Below are positions 1 through 8,319 of a stretch of 64,000 nucleotides of DNA, in pieces. The position numbers and the translations under genes were made by a program. Position 1 is the first letter of the stretch, and every line of letters starts with the position of its first letter. The notes under the pieces are model-generated. The model saw only the letters and a list, made by a program, of their open reading frames with translations. It made no database searches and was not told where the DNA came from. Source of the DNA: Candidatus Latescibacterota bacterium (GTDB lineage: Bacteria; Latescibacterota; UBA2968; UBA8231); NCBI GenBank assembly GCA_965203175.1, contig OZ241867.1, positions 864,001 through 928,000 of the forward strand, read 5' to 3'.

Positions 1-1
1 C

Positions 2-427
2 ACCGAATTTCCGGAAAAAGGCGCGCAGTTACCCATGGCCGGGCACAAAGGGTACGGATTGGCCGTGCTGGTAGAACTGCTGACGGCCACCCTTAGCGGA
101 GCGGCGATGATGAGCAGCGTCCAGAGCTGGGTCGCCGATACGGACGAGCCCTCGAACCAGGGTCATGCCTTTATCGCCATCGACGTCGGCGCAATGATGC
201 CGCTGGAGGAATTCCACGCCCGCATGGACGTCATGTGCAAAGAGATCAAGAGCGCTTCTCCAGCCAAAGGCGGGACCATCTTCCTGCCGGGCGAGATCGA
301 GTGGAACCAGCGGGAGCAAGCGCTAGCCGAAGGTATTGTCATGCCCGAGGACGTCTTGATCAGTCTGCGAGGACTGGCCGAAGACAGCGGCCTCGACCCC
401 GCGGATTTCAATCTGGACTTGGGCTGA
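2..427 (+). CDS. Ldh_2-family oxidoreductase (malate/L-lactate/ureidoglycolate dehydrogenase type), 5'-truncated by window edge
   Basis: GHKGYGLAVLVELLT and C-terminal LPGEIE motifs typical of Ldh_2; frame open from window start. Confidence 0.85.
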   Translation, partial: TEFPEKGAQLPMAGHKGYGLAVLVELLTATLSGAAMMSSVQSWVADTDEPSNQGHAFIAIDVGAMMPLEEFHARMDVMCKEIKSASPAKGGTIFLPGEIEWNQREQALAEGIVMPEDVLISLRGLAEDSGLDPADFNLDLG

Positions 428-436
428 GCAGCCACT

Positions 437-1831
437 TCATCCCTGCTCGAAGTACCTCGCCAACGCCCGCTCCGGCGGCCACAAGTCGAGTAGTTCGACA
501 GCCTCCGCCAGCGGCGTGCCGGCAAAGGACGCCTCCAACTCCTCCCGCGTGCGCCGCCGCGCCGGACGCTCGTCCAGATTGGCCACCTCGAACAGCACCT
601 GCGCATTGATCGCCGCGCACTCGCTCAGGCCCTGAGGATAGACCTTGTCCGCAGTATCGGCTCGGCTGTGGCCATAGAAGCGATCCTCGGGCCACACCGA
701 CTCCGTGCCCAGCCCCACGGTAGGCACGCCGTGGGCGAAGAACGGGAAGTGATCCGAACCCCAACTCGTCGTGCCGCAGGACGCGCCAAAGGGCTTTTCG
801 AGTCCATCCACGCGCACGCGACTCGCCACTGTCTCTAGGATCGGCAGCAGATCCTCTGCCCCAGCAATTCCCAACCCCGAGGGCCGGCCGCCAACGTCGT
901 TGTTGATCATCAGCCAAGTGTCGTCGAGTTCGCCAGCGTGGCAGTGCGTGTACGCCCAAGATCCGACTAATCCCGACTCCTCTACCCCAAAGGCCACGAA
1001 CCGCACCGTGCGCCGCAGATGCTCGCGGTGCACGGCGAGCGCGCGCGCCGCCTCGACCACGGCGACCACGCCCGCGGCGTTGTCAATAGCACCGGGACCC
1101 ACGTGCCAAGTGTCGTAATGACCGCCGCAAACCAATATCTCCTGCGGATACTCAGCTCCGGTCAACTCGCCGACCACGTTCCACGACTCCTTGGGCTCAA
1201 TGCGGCTGTCGAGCACCAACCGCAGCCGCACCGGTCCACGCCGCTGCTGCAGACGCTTGAGGTACTCGGCGTCTTCGAGACTAATCGAGGCCACCGGCAG
1301 GTCCCCGACCCGTTGGAAGCAACAGGTGCGGGCCGGCTGCAAGGCACCGGCGTAGTTGCGGTGCTCAAGCAGCGCCACCGCGCCGAAACGCGCTGCCAAG
1401 GGCGTCTTCAACTGGCGGGCAAAGGGGTAGTAGGGTGCCACCGCAATGCGGCCTCGCACCTCGTCGGCCCGCTGCGCCAGCTCCTCAGCGTCGCAGCGCT
1501 CAAGGAACACAACCTCCCCTTCCACTCCTTGCTCTGAAGTCGAAGGCGACAGCCCTCCACACCGGCAGGGGATCGAGCGTCCTGCCTCCGGTGCCACCAC
1601 GGTCAACTCCTCGCGCTGCGGCCGCCAAGCGCGGTACTCGAAAGGCTCCAAGCGGACGCGGTCAAGCCCATAGCGCTGAAAAGTCTCCATCAGGAAGTCC
1701 CGGGCCCGCACCTCCCCCTCGCTGCCAGCTACGCGCATGCCGATGTCGTCGGCCAGCACGAGCAGGTTTTCCCAAGCCTCGGACCGCGCCTCAGTCTCGG
1801 CGACGATTGCTTCTTCGATTTTGTTTTCCAT
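437..1831 (-). CDS. M28-family metallopeptidase with PA domain
   Basis: GGHYDTW, GAIDNAAG, FGVEESGLVGS, SDHFPF, HSRADT motifs; start moved to MENKIEE (ATG 1831) with GAGGT RBS. Confidence 0.9.
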   Translation of the reverse strand: MENKIEEAIVAETEARSEAWENLLVLADDIGMRVAGSEGEVRARDFLMETFQRYGLDRVRLEPFEYRAWRPQREELTVVAPEAGRSIPCRCGGLSPSTSEQGVEGEVVFLERCDAEELAQRADEVRGRIAVAPYYPFARQLKTPLAARFGAVALLEHRNYAGALQPARTCCFQRVGDLPVASISLEDAEYLKRLQQRRGPVRLRLVLDSRIEPKESWNVVGELTGAEYPQEILVCGGHYDTWHVGPGAIDNAAGVVAVVEAARALAVHREHLRRTVRFVAFGVEESGLVGSWAYTHCHAGELDDTWLMINNDVGGRPSGLGIAGAEDLLPILETVASRVRVDGLEKPFGASCGTTSWGSDHFPFFAHGVPTVGLGTESVWPEDRFYGHSRADTADKVYPQGLSECAAINAQVLFEVANLDERPARRRTREELEASFAGTPLAEAVELLDLWPPERALARYFEQG

Positions 1832-1838
1832 TGCTACC

Positions 1839-3317
1839 TCAAAGCCACCGCGACAACACCGTCTTCTGCCGCGTGTAGAACAGAATTCCCTCAGTCCCCT
1901 GTACGTGCAGGTCGCCAAAGAACGACTGGTCCCAGCCAGAAAACGAGAACAGGGCCATGGGAGCCGGTACGCCCACATTCACGCCAATCATCCCACACTC
2001 CACATCGCGCGTAAAGGTACGGGCCGCACCCCCATCGTGGGTGAAAATGGTCGCCGCATTGCCGTACGGGATGCGGTTGATCCAGTCAATCGCCTGGTCC
2101 AGCGTCTCGGGCCGCATCAGCCCCAAGACCGGGCCAAACAGCTCCTCCGCGAACAAGCCATGACCGGGAGTTACGCCATCGAGCAGGGTCGGCCCGACGT
2201 AGAAACCAGTGTCCGGCACGCCGTCGCGCCCGTCGCGCACCACAGCCAAGTCCGCCGAGGCAGCATCGGCGATGCGACCGACGAGGCGTTGTTGAGCGGC
2301 ACCGTCGATAACCGGCCCCATGTCCACATCGTCGCGCAAGGTGTCCCCCACCGTCATCGTATCCATGGCAGAGGCTAGCTGGTCGCGCAGGCCGTCACTG
2401 GCGTTGCCAATGCCCATCAGCAGGGAGCCAGCCATGCAGCGCTGGCCGGCACAGCCAAAGGCCGAGTGCATAACCGCGTTCAGCGCCGGATCTGCCGCGG
2501 CCGCCTCGCCGAACAGGCCGGATTCGACCGCGTCGGGCATGACGAGCAGTACGTTTTTGGCTCCGCCCGCCGCCTGACAGCGCTTGCCCGTCTGTCCGGT
2601 CAGCTCGTACACCCGACGCGCCACCGGCGACGAACCGACAAAGGAAATCGCCGCAATACCGGGGTGCCGACAGAGAGCTTCGACCACATCCCGACCGCCG
2701 TGCACCACGTTCAGCACCCCCGGCGGGAGCCCCGCCTCAATGAACAGTTCTGCCAAGTGGTTGGCCGTAAACGGCACCTTCTCGCTCGGCTTCAGCACAA
2801 AGCAGTTGCCGCAGGCGATGGCCAGCGGGTACATCCACATGGGCACCATGGCCGGAAAGTTAAACGGCGTGATGCCAGCGCACACACCCACCGGCTCGCG
2901 CGTGGCAGCGCCATCAATGCCAGCGGCCAGCTCCGGCAGCACCTCGCCCTTGGCCAACTGGCCGATACCGCAGGCGAGCTCGACGACCTCAATGCCTCGG
3001 CGCACATCGCCCCGCGCTTCCTCGCGGGTCTTGCCGTTCTCGCCGCAGAGAATCTCAGCCAGATGCTCGAACTGCTCCTCCAGCAGCTCGCGGTAGCGGA
3101 ACAAAACCCGCGCCCGTTCCGGTGCTGGCGTCGCCGACCAGCCCGCAAAGGCCCGGCTCGCCGCCTCCACCGCTAGATCGACTTCGACGCGGTCGCAATG
3201 CGGCGTGCGTCCGATCACTTCTCCAGTGGCGGGACGGTACACCGGCGTGTGGGCCTCGACTTCCGGCGTTATCCAGTGCTCGCCGATAAGAATGGGAATG
3301 GCGTCAGTTGGGGTCAT
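1839..3317 (-). CDS. mmsA: CoA-acylating methylmalonate-semialdehyde dehydrogenase
   Basis: GITPFNFPAMVPMW, LKPSEKVP, GGAKN, AFGCAGQRCMA, EELFGPV, GMIGVNVGVPAP, SFFGDLH. Confidence 0.93.
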   Translation of the reverse strand: MTPTDAIPILIGEHWITPEVEAHTPVYRPATGEVIGRTPHCDRVEVDLAVEAASRAFAGWSATPAPERARVLFRYRELLEEQFEHLAEILCGENGKTREEARGDVRRGIEVVELACGIGQLAKGEVLPELAAGIDGAATREPVGVCAGITPFNFPAMVPMWMYPLAIACGNCFVLKPSEKVPFTANHLAELFIEAGLPPGVLNVVHGGRDVVEALCRHPGIAAISFVGSSPVARRVYELTGQTGKRCQAAGGAKNVLLVMPDAVESGLFGEAAAADPALNAVMHSAFGCAGQRCMAGSLLMGIGNASDGLRDQLASAMDTMTVGDTLRDDVDMGPVIDGAAQQRLVGRIADAASADLAVVRDGRDGVPDTGFYVGPTLLDGVTPGHGLFAEELFGPVLGLMRPETLDQAIDWINRIPYGNAATIFTHDGGAARTFTRDVECGMIGVNVGVPAPMALFSFSGWDQSFFGDLHVQGTEGILFYTRQKTVLSRWL

Positions 3318-3412
3318 GGTTTGATCCTTTTTTGTCGGAATGTGGCCTTCTGGCGAAAGATAGCTGGAGCCATCGAGCCGTCAATGCTTGCAAGCCGTCC
3401 AAGAAATTTTAC

Positions 3413-3426
3413 CTTTACTAGTAAAG
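3413..3426. promoter_or_regulatory. Perfect 14-bp palindrome CTTTACTAGTAAAG, probable TA autoregulatory operator
   Basis: Seen directly in AT-rich leader about 50 bp upstream of the AbrB-type antitoxin, among TTTAC repeats. Confidence 0.6.
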
Positions 3427-3474
3427 AATACAAGGAACTTTACTTTCTTTACCTTTAACAAGGTCACTCTACTT

Positions 3475-3696
3475 ATGGCCCCGATCAAAATCAGCACGAT
3501 CTCATCCAAAGGCCAAACCACAGTTCCCGTAGCCATTCGCCGCACCCTTGATCTACATCCGGGGGACGCCATCGCCTATGAAGTAGAGGGCGATAAGGTC
3601 AGCATCCACAAAGCCGCGAAAATCGACTTGGAGTGGGCCAAGGCCCTCGAACAGACCCTGACGGAGTGGCAGGACGAGGAGGACGATGATCTGTAG
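3475..3696 (+). CDS. AbrB/MazE/SpoVT-family antitoxin
   Basis: STISSKGQTTVPVAIRRTLDLHPGD AbrB signature; acidic tail EWQDEEDD; overlaps toxin start. Confidence 0.88.
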   Translation: MAPIKISTISSKGQTTVPVAIRRTLDLHPGDAIAYEVEGDKVSIHKAAKIDLEWAKALEQTLTEWQDEEDDDL

Positions 3697-4021
3697 CCGT
3701 TTTGACATCGTCGAAGTGCCCTTTCCGTTTAGCGATCTGCCCCGTTCCAAACGTCGCAAGGCACTGGTCCTGTCCGACTCTGTTTTCAACCAGAAAAACG
3801 CCTCTAGTCTGCTCTTGATGATCACCAGCGCTACCCGCAGCGCTTGGCACCTCGATGTATCTCTCGCGCAGTGGAGCCAAGCGGGCTTGCGAAAACCCTG
3901 TCTTGCCCGGATGAAGCTATTCACGTTGGACAACGGACTCCTCCTCAGTAAAGTGGGGCACTTGACCAAGGATGACCAGCAGAGAGTAACTCAGGCGTTG
4001 CGAGCTGCAATACCCCACTGA
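3686..4021 (+). CDS. PemK/MazF-family type II toxin (endoribonuclease)
   Basis: FDIVEVPFPFSD-x4-KRRKALVLS, MITS, GLRKPC pattern; operonic with antitoxin. Confidence 0.9.
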   Translation: MICSRFDIVEVPFPFSDLPRSKRRKALVLSDSVFNQKNASSLLLMITSATRSAWHLDVSLAQWSQAGLRKPCLARMKLFTLDNGLLLSKVGHLTKDDQQRVTQALRAAIPH

Positions 4022-4090
4022 CTTCTTTACCAGCCGGCCATCGAGGCGGGGCGCGAATCCGGCTGTTAAAGACCGGACAAATCTGCTGGC

Positions 4091-5464
4091 TCAGCGCAGA
4101 ACCGCCAGCGTTTCTGCTGGATGGACGACGAATTCTCTTGGTTGGGTTTTAGCACTCCCCTGCTTGAGCCAAGTCCCTAGGATCGTCTCCCTTTCTCGGG
4201 CTTGGGGAAAGTTTGCCGCGCAGTAGCGCAAACGGTCGAAAACAGCGCCCTGATTCGGCCGCTCTTGCCATTTGACCTCGGCTAGCAACAGGGCCTCACC
4301 ATCGAGGGATTCAGCGACCAAGTCGATCTCCATTGGCTGCCCGTCCAAGCCGCGCCCCCACCATCGCTGTGCTGGTTTCCACCGGATGTTGCCAACGGGC
4401 AGGGCGGCAGTGGAGAGGCGGGCTAGATCCTCCCATATATCGGCGACATGCTGGGCAAAAGTGGTCCTAATAGCGCGGGCTACATCGTCGATTAAATCGC
4501 GTTCCAACAGCGACCGGTTGGGCTGGACATAGCGATACCAGAAGATCAGAAACGGGTCGTTCAGTTTGTATAGAGAGCGCCTAGTCGATTTGGTGGTCTC
4601 ACCAAAGGGCACTTCCCGCCGGATATAGCCCATTTCGATCAACTGGGCGAGGGGGCGGGTCAAATGACCTGCGGGCTTGCCCAGCCGCGCGCCGATTTCG
4701 CTGAGTCGATGGCAGCCATTGGCGATAAGCGACAGCAGGGAATTAGCCTGCACGGTGCTGCGCATATCGTCGAGCAACAAGCGCTCGGGTTCGCTGTGGA
4801 GGACGCCGTATTTATCGAGCACCAGTTCCTCAATGGCAGCTTGCAGGCCGGTGCAATCCCGGGCCAGTTCCCAGTAGCGCGGTACGCCGCCCCAAACCGC
4901 ATACTGTTCAATGGCTTCAGTGTCTTGGACCTCAAGGGCTTGCTGTATCCAAAAGGGGGCTAGCGGACGGATCGCCAGCACTTGATTCGCCCGTCCATAC
5001 AACGGCGCAGCAGGGTTGAGGATTAGGCCCTGCATCATCCCCTGGGACGAACCGCAGATGGCCAAGTGGATGCGGCGGGCGGGACCGTCGAGGAATTTTT
5101 GCACTAGGCTGGGTAATTCGGGTGAGATCTGCGCTAGATAGGGAAACTCGTCCAAGACCAAGCAAGTGCCTCGCTCGGCGCGGGCATCCAAAGTCTGGAG
5201 CAGAACCAGCCAAGACGGGTATTCGACCTCGTCAAAGCCTCGAATGCGCCGGGCCACTTCCCCGGCTAGCGTGCGGCGTTGCAGAGGGGCTTCGCGCTGG
5301 TCGGCCGCGTAGTAGATATCGCCCGGGCGAATCACCTGCTGCAAAAGAGTTGACTTGCCGCATCGACGCCGACCAAAGACCACGATAAAACCGGGCTCTT
5401 GGGCAGCGAGAGCCTTGGTCAGTCGATCAACTTCCCGCGTTCTGTCCAAAAAATCGAGGCGCAT
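4091..5464 (-). CDS. Archaeal-type AAA ATPase with wHTH and C-terminal PD-(D/E)xK nuclease-like (DUF234) domain
   Basis: FLDRTRE, Walker A GRRRCGKS, Walker B LVLDEFPYL, GGVPRYW, DPFLIFWYRYV, EIDLVA...LAEVKW. Confidence 0.88.
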   Translation of the reverse strand: MRLDFLDRTREVDRLTKALAAQEPGFIVVFGRRRCGKSTLLQQVIRPGDIYYAADQREAPLQRRTLAGEVARRIRGFDEVEYPSWLVLLQTLDARAERGTCLVLDEFPYLAQISPELPSLVQKFLDGPARRIHLAICGSSQGMMQGLILNPAAPLYGRANQVLAIRPLAPFWIQQALEVQDTEAIEQYAVWGGVPRYWELARDCTGLQAAIEELVLDKYGVLHSEPERLLLDDMRSTVQANSLLSLIANGCHRLSEIGARLGKPAGHLTRPLAQLIEMGYIRREVPFGETTKSTRRSLYKLNDPFLIFWYRYVQPNRSLLERDLIDDVARAIRTTFAQHVADIWEDLARLSTAALPVGNIRWKPAQRWWGRGLDGQPMEIDLVAESLDGEALLLAEVKWQERPNQGAVFDRLRYCAANFPQARERETILGTWLKQGSAKTQPREFVVHPAETLAVLR

Positions 5465-5478
5465 GGCATAGCTTCTTT

Positions 5479-5515
5479 ATTATGCTTCTCAAACATTATG
5501 TTTAAGGAACATAAT
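5479..5515. promoter_or_regulatory. Two overlapping palindromic sites ATTATGYT-N5-AACATWAT upstream of the ATPase
   Basis: 5479-5499 ATTATGCT-TCTCA-AACATTAT and 5495-5515 ATTATGTT-TAAGG-AACATAAT. Confidence 0.55.
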
Positions 5516-5596
5516 AAAACGTGGATAGAGGATCAAACTTGACGTAGCAGGAGACGTGAAACAGCTTTCGCACCAAGTCTAACGAGGAGACGAACG

Positions 5597-6520
5597 ATGA
5601 ATACGCATCCTACAACCCCGCAAATCCTCTCGGTCGAGAAGATTTGGGACCGCGGCCCCCACAACGCCTTCACCGATCTGGTGCGCTTCGCCGATCGGTG
5701 GTGGTGTACCTTCCGCGAGGCCCAAGATCACGGGCCGAGTATCGGCACCATACGCGTCATTTGCTCAGACGATGGCCACTCCTATGAGTCGGCAGCAGTC
5801 CTAGCAGAACAGGAGATAGACCTGCGCGATCCCAAGCTGTCGATCACCAGCGACGGACGCCTGATGCTGGTCGCCGGCGGCAGCCTGTACGCAGGTACCG
5901 AGTACGGCACCCGCGCGCCGCGCATTGCCTTTTCAGACGACGGCTACATCTGGACTACGCCGCAGAAAGTGCTGGCGGAAGACCACTGGCTGTGGCGCGT
6001 CACCTGGCACGAGGGAATCGCCTACAGCGTATCAAAGCTGGGTGAGGGCTCCTATCCGCGCCGGGGATTCCTCTACTCCAGCACCGACGGTCTCGACTGG
6101 CAGTGGATCACCGAGTTTTTCCTGCCCAACGACACGTGGACGGCCAGCGAGACCACGCTGCGCTTTATGCCTGACGGCACCATGATTGCCTTGGTGCGGC
6201 CCGACTGGATCGGCACCAGCCAGTCGCCGTACACAGACTGGCAGTGGACCCAAATCGACTACCCAATGGGAGGGCCTAATTTTATCCGCTGGTCGGACGG
6301 TGCCCTGTGGGCCAGTGCCCGCAGTCGGCATCCCGACGGCGGCGCAGCCACGGTCCTGGCGCGGATGACGCCGACCAGTTACGAGCCCGTGCTATGGCTA
6401 CCCAGCGGCGGCGACTGTAGCTACCCCGGCATGGTCGAACACGAGGGCCTGCTGTGGATGAGTTACTACTCGTCGCACGAAGGGAAAACCAGTATTTATC
6501 TGGCGCAGATCGCCGTCTAG
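5597..6520 (+). CDS. BNR/Asp-box sialidase-like beta-propeller protein
   Basis: HNAFTDL, SDDGHSY, SDDGYIW, STDGLDW Asp-boxes; GDCSYPG; YYSSHEG. Confidence 0.75.
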   Translation: MNTHPTTPQILSVEKIWDRGPHNAFTDLVRFADRWWCTFREAQDHGPSIGTIRVICSDDGHSYESAAVLAEQEIDLRDPKLSITSDGRLMLVAGGSLYAGTEYGTRAPRIAFSDDGYIWTTPQKVLAEDHWLWRVTWHEGIAYSVSKLGEGSYPRRGFLYSSTDGLDWQWITEFFLPNDTWTASETTLRFMPDGTMIALVRPDWIGTSQSPYTDWQWTQIDYPMGGPNFIRWSDGALWASARSRHPDGGAATVLARMTPTSYEPVLWLPSGGDCSYPGMVEHEGLLWMSYYSSHEGKTSIYLAQIAV

Positions 6521-6582
6521 GCCGCCGCTGACCCCGCGCGGCGTCTGTCGTATATTACCCAACCCATTAACCGCGAGAAGCC

Positions 6583-8319
6583 ATGCCCGACCAGACCGAC
6601 CCCATCCAATTCGAGGTCATTCGCAACGCCCTGCTCGAAGCCACCGAGGAGATGGCCATTGCCCTTCGGCGCAGCGCCTATTCGACCAACATCAAAACCC
6701 GCGCCGATTTCTCCTGCGCCTTTTTCGACCGCCAATTGCGACCCGTCGCCCAGGCCTTTACCCAGCCAGTGCACCTCGGCTCGCTGACAATCCTCACGCC
6801 CCGCGCAGTCGCCGAATACGGCCCTGAAAACTTGCAGGCCGGGGACGCGATCCTCGTCAACGACCCCTATCGCGGCGGAGTTCACCTCAATGACATCACG
6901 CTGATTTCGCCCGTCTATTGCGGCGCGGAACTCTTTGGCTATGTAGCCAATCTCGCCCATCACGTCGATGTCGGCGGCGGTGCGCCGGCCAGCATTGGAG
7001 CCTTCCAGCAGGTGTATCAGGAGGGCATCATCATCCCTCCGGTAAAGCTAGTGCACGGCGGAGAAATCTCAGCCGATGTCTTTGAGCTGGTCATCGCCCA
7101 GATCCGCTCCAAGCGCGAGACGCGCGGCGACTTTCGCGCCCAGGTAGCGGCTAATCATTCGGGGATTCGCCGGCTCAATGCCCTCGCCGAACAGGTGGGA
7201 TTGGCGCAGGCGTCTTTCTACATGGATCGGCTCATCGACTACACCAGAGAGCGGACGCTAGCCGAACTAGCCAAGTTGCCCAAGGGGGAGTTCACGGCCA
7301 CAGGCGTCGTCGATAACGACGGCTTTACCGACGAGCCAGTGCGGCTCCAAGTCCGCGTCGCTATCGACGACGAAGGGGTGCTCTTCGACCTGACGGGGTG
7401 CGATCCGCAGCGCCGGGCACCGGTCAATTCCACGTACTCTCAGACCTTTGCGGCTTGCGCCTATGTCCTCAAGTGCCTGATCGACCAAGACGTGCCGGTC
7501 AACGCCGGCTTCTACGAACAGGTGCGGCTCGTAGCTCCCGAGGGGACGGTCGTCAATTGCACGGCACCCTCGCCGGTAGTCGGGGGTTGGGAGACCCAAG
7601 TGCGGCTCTCCGATATCATTCTCAAGGCACTGCATCCGGCGCTGCCCCATAAGATACCGGCCGCAACCAAGGGGACGATGTGCCAAGTCGGCTTCGGCGG
7701 TACCGACCCGCGCACGGGGCAGCTTTATTCCTACTACGAGACCATGGCCGGCGGCTATGGGGGGCGCAGTACCAAGGACGGGCCAGACGCCGTGCAGTGC
7801 CACGGTCAAAACACCGAAAACGCGCCGATTGAGGAAATCGAAATCAACTACCCGCTGCGGATCGACCGCTATGAGCTGATAGAGGACTCAGAGGGGGCCG
7901 GACAGTATCGCGGCGGATTGGGGCTGCGGCGCGATTACCGATTTATCGATCACGAAGTGTCCTTTACCGTTCTGTCAGACCGAGACCGCTGGGGGCCGGA
8001 AGGGCTGGCTGGGGGTCAAGCCGGGGGCAAAGCGCGTTATATCCTCGACCCCAAAGGCCAGCACGTCGAGCTAGGGTCCAAAACGACGATTGCACTCGCG
8101 GCCGACACAGTCTTCAGCTACCGCACTTGCGGCGGCGGCGGCTATGGCCCACCCCATCAGCGCGATCCCCAAACGGTGGCCGAGGATGTGCGCGAGGGCA
8201 AGGTGAGCGCAGAGCGAGCGCGAGACGAGTACGGCGTAGTCATCGACAGCGCCACCGGGCAAGTCGATCAAGCGGCGACCGAGGTGCGGCGGCAGGAGAT
8301 GGCAGGCGATGGCCTATAG
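6583..8319 (+). CDS. hyuB: Hydantoinase B/oxoprolinase family subunit
   Basis: RSAYSTNIK-x2-ADFSCA, NDPYRGGVHLND, HHVDVGG, GGGGYGPP. Confidence 0.92.
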   Translation: MPDQTDPIQFEVIRNALLEATEEMAIALRRSAYSTNIKTRADFSCAFFDRQLRPVAQAFTQPVHLGSLTILTPRAVAEYGPENLQAGDAILVNDPYRGGVHLNDITLISPVYCGAELFGYVANLAHHVDVGGGAPASIGAFQQVYQEGIIIPPVKLVHGGEISADVFELVIAQIRSKRETRGDFRAQVAANHSGIRRLNALAEQVGLAQASFYMDRLIDYTRERTLAELAKLPKGEFTATGVVDNDGFTDEPVRLQVRVAIDDEGVLFDLTGCDPQRRAPVNSTYSQTFAACAYVLKCLIDQDVPVNAGFYEQVRLVAPEGTVVNCTAPSPVVGGWETQVRLSDIILKALHPALPHKIPAATKGTMCQVGFGGTDPRTGQLYSYYETMAGGYGGRSTKDGPDAVQCHGQNTENAPIEEIEINYPLRIDRYELIEDSEGAGQYRGGLGLRRDYRFIDHEVSFTVLSDRDRWGPEGLAGGQAGGKARYILDPKGQHVELGSKTTIALAADTVFSYRTCGGGGYGPPHQRDPQTVAEDVREGKVSAERARDEYGVVIDSATGQVDQAATEVRRQEMAGDGL

